Shown piece by piece: positions 13,088-25,400 of a stretch of 64,000 bases of DNA (positions are counted from its first letter, which is position 1; the number at the start of each line of letters is the position of its first letter). Position numbers and translations under genes: made by a program. Origin of the DNA: Camelus ferus (Eukaryota); NCBI RefSeq assembly GCF_009834535.1, contig NC_045696.1:44704001-44768000 (forward strand). Direction: 5' to 3'. A model generated the notes under the pieces. The model was not told where the DNA came from. It did no database searches and worked only from the letters and a program-made list of their open reading frames with translations.

Positions 13088-14233
13088 AGATACATCACCT
13101 CTTAATTGACATTTCTTTGCTTCTTTGCTACCGTTTACATTTCCTAAGGCCTCAAAGATTTCCTTTAACTCCTTCAACCTAGACTGACTTTGTAAAACAG
13201 ACCTCTGTCCTAGAGGACTTTTAATAAGTTATCACTGTTTTAAAGAAAGTACGAGATATGAAACACATTCCACAAAGTACCCCAGAAAATTACTATTTTC
13301 CTTATTTCAGGGTTACATTGTTTACACTTAGAACTGTGCAGCTCTATGGCCTATGGATCTCATGCATTTATTGTCATAAGCAAACTTATTTAGTCTGGGA
13401 AGTGATTTTTTATTTCATTTGAAGATTAACTGAAACCATACAGAAAGTGTAACAAGTCAGTGATTGTACTTTGAAAATTATTTAATAATTCAGTGGCTTA
13501 CAGAGATTGCCTTTGCTTTTTCTGAATCCATCATACTGGTCTAATAAGGTTTTGCTCTATGCTGTTATCCTTTCCATTAATGTGGAAAGTAGAAGTAATT
13601 TTATAATTGGTGAAACAAATGCCAGGTAGGTAATAATGACCATGGTTCCTATAGAGTTTTTCATAAGGTTATAAATTGGACGCATGGTAAATAAAGCAAT
13701 GCATCTCATGCCATAGAATTGTGCCTAAAGCATATCATAAGTTAACAATCAGTATGTGTGATTTAAATTATAATCAAGTGACATCTTGCCAAGTTATTGA
13801 CCAAGGATTTGTGCTATTAAATTTTCTGAATGGTTACTTTGCACCCTTTTATAGCTCTCCATTAAAAAATATATTTAGTGACCACAGTGAAGTATGCTTT
13901 TACATGTTAGGTTGAACCATATTCAATGGAACTTTTTTAGAGTGATGTTCCATATATTGTCATCCCTCATCCTATTTGGTATAATAGATATCTAGAGCTT
14001 TTTGTCCTTGGAGAATATACAGACATGTAGAAATCCAAAGCAACAAATAGACACCAACTTCCCAACTGTAGATTTTTTTTCTTACTTTCTTACTCTATGT
14101 ATACTCATGTATTTGATTTCAAGTGACTTTTCCACATCAGCTTTCTATTTTAGATTATTTCTCCTGAAAATATGATTTTCTCTTATTAATTTAAAAATAA
14201 TTAACTAAATATGACCCATGCTTTTGGTACCGG

Positions 14234-14716
14234 TGTTGTTTAGAATCTTTTATTGCAGTGATAGGAGTCTACTTGATCCAACTTAAGCAAAAGTGGGGAT
14301 TTATAATGAGGATGCGAAAACATCTCTATGGACAAGGGAGATGATACAACTAGGACTTAGGTCTTGGGAATTAAATAGAATCAAGGGCATGAACGCTGTC
14401 AGTTCTCTCTGTTTCCATTTCACAGTTCTTTATTTCTCTCTTTCTACAGACTATCATATTTTGATTCTAATGTTGTATGTTTATTTTTCCTAGATTTAGT
14501 TCTACTCCACTCAATAAACTAACAGCATGGCTTGCCTAGTTCTGGTTCCCAGTTGGTCCAGAAAGGATTCTTTTTGGGTTAGCTTGGATCAGGTGCCAAC
14601 TTAGGACCAGTCAACTAAGAGGTGAAGGGGAAGTTGACAGATTTCTATACAGTTTCAGGAAAACTGGAGATGTGGTAAAAGGGACTGGGCAGGCAAAATA
14701 ATGCTTGCTTACTACA
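14234..14716 (-). mobile_element. ERVL-MaLR MLT1(K/L)-like solo LTR
   Basis: 'ttgcagtgataggagtct..aacttaagcaaaagtggggattta' start and 'ctgggcaggcaaaata..actaca' end; similar to 47035-47609. Confidence 0.55.
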
Positions 14717-14719
14717 GCA

Positions 14720-15110
14720 CTTTTCATTTAATTTAACTAACCTCATATTTATTGGACATCCATCATGAGAATGCCATTGCAGACAGCTATGTGCTGGATA
14801 AAGATGAGTAAGATACAATTCTGCATTGAAGGTGTAAGAGTACTCAGCAGCTTCACAAATCACTGGACTACAATGCAGAGAATGGAGATTGGTGATGATC
14901 ATAAGGAGAGAAGCAGGAGTTTAAGGAAATAAAGAGGTATGAACCTCTTGAGAATGTTTGGAAAAGAAGAGATCTAAATACATATGTGGTCAACAGAAAA
15001 GAAGGAGCAAGCCCAAGGGGCAGAACTAAACTTAGAAGCAAATGGAGATTGATTGAGCAAACTGTTAAAGTTGGAGGAAAAGGAGCCAAGAAATGGGAGA
15101 AGAGTGCTTA
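14720..15110 (-). mobile_element. LINE-2 fragment
   Basis: 'ttcatttaattt..catatttattggacatc...ggataaagatgagtaagataca' antisense L2 3' end, then purine-rich L2-like body. Confidence 0.45.
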
Positions 15111-15514
15111 GGAACTTGAGCTTCATTCTCAAAGATGGAAACAAAAGATGGTTAAAGGCATTAGTACCAGTTGAGTTTTAAAAGTAGATCTGTAGTGAAC
15201 TGAAATTAATAAAATTTTGGACATTCTTCAGTGATATCTACTCCCTAGGAGTTAAAATTTGATAGAACTATAGCTTTCTTCACTGCCTGGTCCTCTATTT
15301 CTTTTGTTCTTTTCCCCTGTCCTTGGTGTTCCTGCTGTCAGAAATAATTGGTATAGCTGACCCCCCAGATGACCTTCAGGAAAAGAGATTGTTCCCTTGT
15401 GGTTTGTCATTCCTTTCCAAAGATCATGGTCTCTCGATACATTTCTTAGCAGTTTTAGAGTTCTTTTGTTGTATGTTAGCATGTGAAATAGGAATTTTTA
15501 TAAAAAAGAATACT

Positions 15515-15690
15515 AAGCACTATCTATAAAATAAACAACAAGTTTATACTGTATAGCACAGGGAACTATATCCAATATCTTGTAGCAACCTATAATGAAA
15601 AAGAATATATGTATGTATATGTATGACTGAAACATTATGCTGTACACCAGAAGTTGACACATTGTAAACAGACTGCAATAAAGAAAAAAG
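15515..15690 (+). mobile_element. Short 5'-truncated L1 3' end (camelid-type)
   Basis: 'ataaacaacaagtttatactgtatagcacagggaactatatccaatatcttgt...gctgtacaccagaagttgacacattgtaa...aataaagaaaaaa', similar to the tail at 53770-53950. Confidence 0.9.
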
Positions 15691-16757
15691 ATATGTGTAT
15701 CTTTAGGCATACCTTTAGGCATTAAATTTCTAATCGGTGTTCTATTTGTTGGCTTTCAGCCAATTTTCAGAACATGGTGACAGATTTCCTATTACAGATA
15801 AATTGAATTAATTTTTTAAAGTAATATATTTTTGTGAGGGTATATCAAATGGCATACTAGAGTTAAAGTGTATTACTTTGCCCAATTTCCCATTTTCTAC
15901 TAAAGTTTATAATCCAAACAAAATTACAATGAAAGCATGTCTCCTAAACTTGTACTTTGTGGAATGATGATAGCCATTATTTTGCCCCTTCAGGTTCATA
16001 ATTTATCCTCTTGGCACTTGTTCCCTTATTTAACTGGCAATATAAGTTTAGAGTTTACAGATACAAATCTTACTGTTCTTTTACGTTTTTTTGTTCATTC
16101 TCTGTAAACATTGATTTTGAAAAATAAAGCGTATCTTTTGTAGATTGTACACATGTGTATGTAAATTGAACCTATCCAAGGTGCTAGAGTTGTTCTATGA
16201 TACAAAATTTTATGAATGTATTCTGTTACGTTGAGTAACAAGTAGTGATAGCTAAAAGTTTAAGTGGATGACTAAATTCAAAAAATAATCCATGTCAGTT
16301 ATGGAGAATAATAGATAATAGCTTTTATTTTTCAAGGCCAGTCCCTCCTCAAATAATCCTCCCCCCAGTAACAACCAAAAAACCCTCAACAGACTGACTA
16401 CCCATTCACAGATTCAAAACTACTTATGTAATGATTGTCATAGTATCTTCTTAAAGGTCAGTTTGTTTTTCAAATACAATTGACTAAATTTGAATATAAA
16501 TACCCCCATTTTAATGAAGCTTTTAAAAAACGTTTAACTTCTGTTCTCAAAATGAAATTATTTATTTGCCAGCACTAAAAATACCTAAAATGATAGTTTG
16601 GAATATCTTTTAAAATCTACTTTCTTGTAGAAAGTGTCTCTTTTTAGTGAATTCATTAAACAAACATTTGAGTGCCTACCGTGGGTTAGCCACCATGCAT
16701 GTTTGGGTGGTGAGGGCGCAGCAGCAAACACCTTTTAGTCGCAGGAAGCTTTCATTT

Positions 16758-16948
16758 CAGTGGAATGGTGGTAAGCAAACTGGGACATGCATCAGAATGA
16801 CCCAGTTAGCCTGCTGAAAGATTGTTGGGCCCTGCCCTGGAGTTTCCAATTCAGCACTTCTGATATAGGGTCCAGAATTTGCATTTCTAACAAGTTCCCA
16901 TATGTTGCTGATGCTCCCGGTCCTGGGACCACACTCTGAGAACAGTTG
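16758..16948. mobile_element. MER5A (hAT-Charlie) DNA transposon fossil
   Basis: 'gcatcagaat..agaatttgcatttctaacaagttccca..tgctgatgct..ggtcctgggaccacactctgagaac' typical of MER5A. Confidence 0.85.
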
Positions 16949-19039
16949 TGCCGGGGGAAGGCAGTACTGTCTATCCATGCAGTCTCCAATTAACCTACTT
17001 TCTGCTGACCCACGCCCACTGCTGGATCCCCTTTTAGTTATTTCCAGTGGTAAACATGCTTTCTATAAATGCAGTCTGGTGTGTGGGTAGCCCACAAATT
17101 GTATAGCTGCTTATCAAATCTTCAGGAAATTTACAAGGTCAGATAGATACGATTTTCAAAGACAAAGCTACCTTGTTTATCCTCGTAAAAATGTATCATC
17201 AGCATTATGACTTGATTTCCAATTTAATCATCATTTTATTTTAACATAAAGCTTTTCTTTCTGATCTTTTGGCAATACTCCAGATTTCCTTAGTCTTTTA
17301 AAAGTGATAGCCAGCGGTTCATTTATTGCAATAATTAAGATGGATAGCAGCATGCCAGCTGGAATGACTACACTTCTGTTTGTTGTATAAATTATTTTCC
17401 TAGTGTGAAAGCTTCTTTTATGGCTTCTGCTTTGGTCATGTCTTTTGTATTCTAAACCATTAAGCATGGTATGTTTAGGAGAGATATTTATAAAGAAGGT
17501 AGTAGTATTTAACAATTTTTAATCACTATGAATTCATGTCTGCATTTTTCTTAGCACTGAAGATTGCCTTTCACTTTGTTCCTTCTGCCAAGAGCAGCAA
17601 AAGAAAAAGGCCTCTAGCCTTTATAAACCTTTTTTTTTAAACTACCTTTGCACTTCCTTTATTTTGTTCTGATTCTTAAGCCATTCCCTGTGAATCTTAA
17701 GTGATTTTGTGCACTTAGCTCAAAATACATAGAATCACAGCCCCAAATGTGAATTTCTTATAAGGTATATTTGAAATTCCCCTAAAACACAGATAACAAT
17801 AGACTTTTATCATTTGTTTAAATGCTACTTGAGTTTGGTGGTGTTTCCGTCTCAAAAATAAATGTACCTCAGATTCAACAGAAAGTATTCAGATAGAGTT
17901 TAAGCACTAGTCTCCTGATTTCTGTATCCAGTGTAGTGCCAAACACATTTTACTAAATATGTGCTGACTTGACTTTTTCTGTGCTATGCATTTTAGCTTC
18001 AAGGAAAGTTGCATGTCTCTTATTTTTCTGAGGCTTAGGATAGTCGTTGCTACATTTACAAGACTCATCTTCCCTTTTAAACTTTATAAATATGAAAAGA
18101 TAAATAAAAATGTAACACTATGTCAGAATATTACTTTAGTCATTATCCACATGCCAGATAACTAGTTAGAACAATTCAAAATAGCTAACAAGAAATATTT
18201 AGTCTCAATAACATATAATTGCACGTATGTACACCTGTTAGACCTAAGTAGATTTATCGTCTGCAACTCTTTAAATTTCCTTGTCAGATTTCAATATAAA
18301 GAAAAACAGTGAATGAAATAAGCAAACGTCTATACCTAGTTATCATTATTAATGTTAATTTGTCTATCTCGTAATGATTTAAAGCTCTATCATGATAGTT
18401 TTGTGCTTTCGATCCAACCTTAGCAGATTAGAATTTTTTGACCACCCAAACTGTGAAAACCTGTGCTCCCTGGAAAATCCAGAAGAGCGGGTCAGTTCAC
18501 AGAAAGACAACAAGGGTCAGTCTGTTTGGAAAACTTTGGCTCTCTTTCAGTAGAGTTGCCAATGGCCTGAAAATACAGAGTATTCTTACCCACGGGCTAA
18601 AATTAACCTGTTCAGTAGACAGCCTGCATCTCTTTGTATAAAAACTTTCTTAAAAAGTAGCAAACATTGTTCTAAATTCCCTTACCCCATCCCTCACTAC
18701 TGTCACCTACTTTCTGTCACTGACTTGTTAATACCTTTATTCTTATATACAAATTTCATATGTTGTCACTACTCCTGTTTTCAAATAATTGAAGTTAAAA
18801 GCATAATAGCTGTCTCTCTGGAATTTATGTCTTGTGTTTGATGGAGCACTGCTGAGACATATAAACCTTGCTGACTTCCATGTACAACTACTTGGGAAGC
18901 TCCTTTAGGGACAATGATGCAGGAGCAACACAGCGGAAGAGCTAGACAGAATCTCAGGAGAAGATCATATTCCGATAACTTCATTATAAGAATTATGTTT
19001 TCCTTCCCAATAAATTCATAGTTTCCATTAGTATAGTTG

Positions 19040-19170
19040 TTTGTTTATTCATTCATCCAGTAAATTTTTATCAAGTGTTAATTATGTTATTAGTAAGGAA
19101 CTACACCTGGAAATATGGTAGTAGCCAAGACATGTATAGTCCCTGCTTTTGTAGCATTTATAGTGTGTCT
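19040..19170 (-). mobile_element. LINE-2 3' fragment
   Basis: 'tttattcattcatccagtaaattt...gtccctgcttttgtagcatttatagt'. Confidence 0.55.
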
Positions 19171-19330
19171 AAAAAAAAAAACATTCCAACTCTTTCAGAG
19201 GGTACTCTACATACTACGTAGACGAAATTACATAAAGTTGTCACTCCCATGCCCTTTCAGTGACCACTGCCTTTAATTATTATTAGGTAATGAGATTTGA
19301 TGCTCTGAAGCAAAGTAAATGCCTGTGGAT

Positions 19331-19470
19331 CAGTGGTTTTCAATTCTGACTGCACCATCTTGGGAATTTTTGCTAGCAACTGAGTCTCACTGCAGGCAAT
19401 TGAGTAAGAATCCTGGGGCCTGGGGCCCAGGCATCAACATTTAAAAAAACACTTTGGAGTCAACTGCTGC
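19331..19470. mobile_element. MER5B-like hAT-Charlie fossil
   Basis: Starts CAGTGGTTTTCAA; internal 'agaatcctggggcctggggcccaggcatcaacatttaaaaa'. Confidence 0.6.
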
Positions 19471-21027
19471 TTGAGAGAGAAAAACAAAGAAGAGAAACAG
19501 CACTGACTGTGTAATTCTGGAATGATGAATAAGGACAAACACCAAGCAAAGAGAAGGATAAAATAATACACCTGAAACTTTACCAAGCCTCCCCCCCATA
19601 CGTTTCAAGTATATAGCTTATACAGAAAACAAGTGAAGCAACTTACTTTTAGATAATCTAGGAATTTCTTTTATACTCAGTGGAAGTTTCTGTCAAGAAA
19701 TGTGCCAATTCTAGACACCTTGTCACAGTGTTAGGGATTTCCTGTCCTAAAAATAAATGGATTGTTGTGCCATACCTCACGCACAGGAGCTATATGATGA
19801 CAATGCATTCAGGCCAGGTTGATCTACATTTAAGATAATAATACCTACATCAGTATGAACTTGCCACTTGTAGCTTTAAACTACTGTCTTTATTTTATCC
19901 TCACAGTCCCCTTTGATGTTATAACAGGGCCATCGTAACAGCTGTCCATTGGCAGTTTCAGTCTCCAAGATCACCAATCTGGGTCACCCAGAATTAGCAC
20001 AATGGGAAAGGCAGGTTGGACAGGCTGCGTTAGAAATCACAAAAGCAAGTTGTCTTAAGTTGGAGGGAAGGAGGTGGTGTGTGCTGTGATGGCAACCATA
20101 AAATCCATCAGGGAATTAGAGTGGGTTCAAAGCAAACAAGAGAGGAGGAGTTAACGTCCGTCCTCCTCTGTGTGTGCATGTGTCTGTCTATGTGATGTGT
20201 ACGTGTTTGTGTACTCCAGTACTGTTTGTCGCTCCCTGGGAATAGGCCTTACTTACTTGGTTGATGAGCCACTGTTGGTTTATTTGCAGATCTGAGTGCT
20301 AACTCATTTATTCTGTTTACCTTTCTAAGTGAGGCAGTGCTTCAATTGACTTAACAGCATGCTAGCAACTCAGAGATTGTGCAGTCTAATCACATTTTGA
20401 CCCATCCTTAAATGGCTGCATCTTCATCTGTGAAAAAAATGTTTGATGAAGCCAAACTCCCCCATGGGGATTTGTTTGAGGAATAAATACTAAAAATGCT
20501 TGTGGGGCATTTTGAAAATATAAATTGTTTTGAAAAAAGTTAATTATTTTCAAAATGTTCCTGGACATCAGCTTATGAGATATAATCTTTCCCATTATAG
20601 ATCTTTGTAAGAAATTAAATTTTTGATTTATCTTGGTAATTGTCTACATACTTGTGTACAAAGCTTGTTAGAGCCCATTAATGGAGTTGATAAACATTAT
20701 ATAATATTGAAAGATAGTTCTGTTTGGCAAACTTTCAACTATTCATATTAATGGAAAACGTTAATGCAGATCTTACAAAATGACAGACTGTCGGAAAGCC
20801 TCTCAGGAAGGATGAAGCGCGAGAAAACCTAAAGGCTCTGTGATCTATATAAATTTGCTGCCGTGTATTTGTCAACTGTGGATAATAATTGTGTTAGAGG
20901 CCACATGATCAGGGAGAGCCCAGCTCAGCTGTACAGTTAAGCTGGGAGTTGGGAGGAGGTGATTTCTAGCCCCCTAAAGTTCGCTCTGGATACCCCACTT
21001 GGTAGAAGAAAGTGCACCGGTCAGGGT

Positions 21028-21190
21028 GTAATAGCAGTAGATGCAGTATCAAAGGATAATAGTAGTAGCAACAGCGGCAGCAGTAGAAGACTAGTAGTAA
21101 TAACAGTAGCAGTAGAAGTGGTAGTAGTAGTAACATCGCAGCAACAGTAACAGGAGTGGTAAAAATGGTATCGATGGCATCAGGAGACAT
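21028..21190. repeat. Degenerate (AGT/AGC)n trinucleotide low-complexity tract
   Basis: 'agtagtagcaacagcggcagcagtagaagactagtagtaataacagtagcagtagaagtggtagtagtag'; abuts the 3' end of an antisense MIR. Confidence 0.8.
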
Positions 21191-21300
21191 AGCTAACTTT
21201 TATTGTCTATTTACTACGTGCCAGGCACTGTCGTAAGATCTTTGCATGTTTTAATTCATTTAATTCTCACAGTAGCCATTATAACATGGGCTATTCATAT
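21190..21300 (-). mobile_element. MIR SINE fragment
   Basis: 'agctaacttttattg..tttactacgtgccaggcactgt..catttaattctcacagtagcc'. Confidence 0.8.
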
Positions 21301-21539
21301 TTTACAGGCTATTACCTATGAGAACATTATTATTCCAAATCAGCAGAGGGACTAAGAGCAAATTGGTATGCAGTGTTCAGAGTTTAGAGATGCTGGTTGG
21401 GCATCCGAAGAGCTGAACAGGGTCTTCTTGGCAATGCTGTCTTTAAGGCAACAGAAGTCCGCAGGTGACTCTGAGTAACTAGTGACATAGACAGCTTCTG
21501 ATGCGAAAGAGCAGAATATATAGAAAGCGCTACAGTGCT

Positions 21540-21830
21540 CTGTGTTTGGGGTCTCATAAGGTAGGAGAGAAATGTAACCTTAAACGAAGGAGTAGATATG
21601 TTTATCGGAAGGATGAAAAGTATGAGAAATGATTTAATCACATATAAAATACGGTCAGCAGGAACAAAGGGGAAAAAACCTTATAGTGGTAAGGGCATTT
21701 TATAAACTGAAACAAATCACTGAAGGAGGACATGAAATCTTTTTCCCATGGAGATACTTAATGTGAGTAAAACCTGGAGAAGGAAGAGATAAACCCCTGG
21801 AGTCCTTTTCAGACCTCTGATTTTATAAAG
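21540..21830 (+). mobile_element. CR1/L3 3' fragment
   Basis: 'tttttcccatggagatactt' and terminal 'gtccttttcagacctctgattttat' resemble the L3 3' end. Confidence 0.4.
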
Positions 21831-21989
21831 TAATTCTTAAATGTTCAATATCTTAGACTAGTACTCATAAGGGGAGAAAGAGATCTGTGTGTCCAAATAA
21901 TTAGGACATCAGTTTTCTTCAGCATTTCCACCTTAACAACCTTGAAGAATGTGCTAAAAAAAAAAAAAAAAAAACCAAAAGAGGAAAGA

Positions 21990-22972
21990 ACTTGAAGGTC
22001 AAAAAGCAGCCTAGGATACTCTATCCAGCAAGGCTATCCTTTACAATAGAAGGAGCGATAAAGAACTTCACAGGCAAGCAAAAACTGAAAGTTTAGCAAC
22101 ACAAAACCCATGCTTAAAGAAATATTCATAGGTTTATTCTAAATAGAAAAGCAGGATGCTACAAAAATGAGAAACTCATAACTGGAAAGGAGATAACTGC
22201 CATGAATTACAAAAAGAATAAACATAAAATTGTAAAAGAAGACATCTAAATCATTAAAGAGTGGGAGAGGGAAGCAAGGAAAGCCACTGTGGGAAACAGC
22301 ATGGAGATTCCTCAAAAGACTAGGAATAGACTTACCATAGGACCCAGGAATCCCGCTCCTGGGCATATATCCAGAAGGAACCCTACTTCAAAATGACACC
22401 TGCTCCCCAATGTTCATAGCAGCACTATTTACAATAGTCAAGACATAGAAGCAACCTAGATGTCCATCAACAGATGACTGAATAAAGAAGATGTGGTGTA
22501 TTTATATGATGGAATACTATTCAGCCACAAAAACCAACAACATAACGCCATTTGCAGCAACATATGTTCCTGGAGAATGTCATTCTATGTGAAGTAAGCC
22601 AGAAAGAGAAAGAAAAATACCATATGAGATTGCTTATAAGAGGAATCTAAAAAACAAACAAACAAACAAAACATAAATACAAAACAGAAACAGACTCATA
22701 GACATAGAATACAAACTTGTGGTTGCCAAGGGGGGTGAGGGGTGGGAAGGGACAGACTGGGATTTTAAAATACAAAATAGATAAACAAGATTATACTGTA
22801 TAGCACAGGGGAAAATATACAAGATCTTGTGGCAGTTCATAGCAAAAAAAATGTGACAATGAATATATACATGTTCATGTATGACTGAAAAATTGTGCTC
22901 TACACTAGAATTTGACACAACATTGTAAAATAACTATTACTCAATAAAAAAATGTAAAAAAAAAAGAAAAAG
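21990..22972 (+). mobile_element. Internally deleted LINE-1: ORF1 C-terminus + spacer fused to ORF2 C-terminus + 3'UTR + poly(A)
   Basis: 22007-22142 encodes QPRILYPARLSFTIEGAIKNFTGKQKLK/FSNTKPMLKEIFIGLF* (ORF1 end, one frameshift); from ~22282 PLWETAWRFLKRLGIDLP*DPGIPLLGIYPE..GI* (ORF2 end, stop 22648-22650); AATAAA 22943-22948. Confidence 0.9.
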
Positions 22973-23749
22973 AAACTCAAAATGGATCAAAGACTTAAAC
23001 AAACAAAAAGCATTAGAAACAAACATGCTTTTCTGATTGTTAACTGATATGGTAGGTGATGTTCAAATTATATACTTATAATTAATTTGAAATGTGGTAC
23101 TCAAAAATTAGATATATCCTTCTCACAGTAACACTGTTAGAAGTAAAACAAAGTAGAGTGATTTTGTACTTAAAACTAGTAAAATTAGTGATCCATATGC
23201 ATGTCTTTTCATGCAAATTATTAATTTTGTATGGTACATTTGTGTTTGGGAAATACCTGAATTTTAATTCAGAATCATATTTTTTAAAGTGCCATACTAT
23301 TTCTTTTACACATGAGATGATTTACAATATTAAGTGCTATGTTCTTCAGAAGGAAAATGACTTAGATATAGTGCCACAAGTCAACAAGAGCAGAAAACAA
23401 ATGATGGTTTTGTCTAGTTTAAGAAAAATTTTTCCTAAACTCCTAATTTTGGAAAATACTAGAAGAACATGTGAATAAAATACAAAATATACTTTAATGT
23501 TCATCCACTATGCTTACTATTTTATATTAGATACTTATTAAAACCAAAAGGTGTTTTAATGGGAATATTAATTAGAGTTTCTCCAAGGAAACATTTGAAA
23601 GTAAATAATCATAAATCTTATGCATATATACTCCTGTCATATGATAAACAATAATGATAGATTTATCTAAATTTAACATTTCAGATACTTAAGTTTTTCC
23701 TGGATTATATGAATTTGTGCATATAGTTAGGAAGTGTATCTTGCCATTT

Positions 23750-23960
23750 CAGCAGGTGTGGTTCTAAATCAGTGTTCTATGACTAGCTAGCATTGTGATC
23801 TTCGATAGGTAATATCTCTGAGTTTTTGTTTCTTCATCTGTAAGATATGTATAATGATAATATTTACCTTAGTGCTTTTGTGAGGATTAAATTACTTAGT
23901 GAATTGAATGCTCGGCATAGTAACTGGTTTTTAATATGTCCATGAAGATTATATTTTACA
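23750..23960 (+). mobile_element. MIR SINE fragment
   Basis: 'tctctgagtttttgtttcttcatctgtaagat..taatgataatatttacct..ttgtgaggattaaat'. Confidence 0.75.
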
Positions 23961-24199
23961 ATTATTATATGATTTAAAATATGTTTGATAATAACACTAT
24001 ATATTTTAGGTTAAGTATTACAGTTTGGACAGATGTAGAAAAGGTAGATTTGTTTAGTAGTTCTTTCTGGTATTGAACTTCTGTATAAATTTGCTGAATA
24101 AATCAGGATAAAAAATAGCTTCTCCATCTCTTCTGTACAAATTTGCACATCATTTCAGTCTTACAGACCTGGGAATTTGTGCTGAGCCTAGAACATGTC

Positions 24200-24320
24200 T
24201 AAACTCTAGAGTCCAGGATACCCGACTTCTAGTTCCTGTTCTGGTCCCTAATAGCTGGGCACAGGATGTCACCTACTCTATCTCTGACCATCTCCTCTTT
24301 GAAATGAGGGGATTGGTATC
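24200..24320 (+). mobile_element. MIR3-like fragment
   Basis: 'tagagtccagga..ttctagttcctgttctg..taatagctg..ctcctctttgaaatgagggg attgg'. Confidence 0.5.
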
Positions 24321-24629
24321 TAATAAGTTGTTTGGAATTATAGATTTAACAGTGTCAAGAATTTCAGTTTTTGATGTAAAGCAGGCCTAATCCTGTATGA
24401 GTAACGAACGTGTCCACAGCTCCTTTTTATTGCAACATGTGCTTGCTCATTGTAGGCTTCTTTTTAGTTACAATCTCTTTTTATTGAAGAAATGCAAATG
24501 AAAAGTAATTACAAAATAAAATGTGTAATATTCTGTGCACTCACTGAATGGAAGAAAATGATATAAAACATAATTATCTTAGCTTGGGCCTAAAATGGAC
24601 ATGGCCTATGATATTATTTATCAATGTTA

Positions 24630-25400
24630 TTTAGTTCAGTTTAGCAAATGCCATGCCTACTATACGCAAAATGGCATGCCCAATACTGATGGAGGGGAAT
24701 AAATGTAAACACATTAGATAAATTTCTGCTATTTAGTAACTTAAAATCCAGTGATGGACAGAAACACAGAGTTTAAGATAAGCAGTGAAAGTGTTTGAAG
24801 AGATGCACAATCAAAGTCCTATGAGTTTGGAAGAAAAATATCGATTTGTTCAATACTGGGGTGAATTGGATAGCTTCTTTATCTGGCTGACCTATGAAGA
24901 ATTGGAAGGCTGCTATGAGTAAGGGTACTTTAGAAACCGACTTGGACAAAGAAACGCAAATTTGAGAAAGCTCAGAGCACGTTGAGGGGACTGGAAGTAT
25001 AGGACGTGTGTGTTTGTGTGTTTGTGGTTGTGTTTATTTGTAAGACATGAACTAAGAGTCAAAGTGTAGTGGGAGATGAAGTTCACAAACTTACGTTGTA
25101 ATTAAATTGAAGAAGGATTTGAATTCTGGACTGAGGGGTGTGGAGCTTATTTCGTAAACATATCAAAAGTTTTTTTGACTAGGGGAATGAAAAGACCCAA
25201 TTTGTATTTGGGAAAGGTCAGTCTGTCACTAGTATTTCGGATATGTTTGCAGAGAGAATTTGGGGGGAGGGAAGGAGTGCATTAAGGAAGCTATGGTGAA
25301 GGTAAGACCAGGAGACAGACTGGAGCTGATCCATAGCGGTGAGAGCAGAGATGGTAGCGCTGACTCAGGAGATGTATTAGATAAAGCACCAGCAAGATCC
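24630..25400 (-). mobile_element. LINE-2 fragment
   Basis: Antisense L2 end 'atttagttcagtttagcaaatg..tgcctactat' then body 'tttgactaggggaatga..atttgtatttgggaaaggtcagtctg..ggaagctatggtg'. Confidence 0.6.

Noticed and set aside
20959..21190. Ser/Val-rich and poly-Leu ORFs
   Set aside because: Translation artefacts of the degenerate (AGT/AGC)n tract next to a MIR tail
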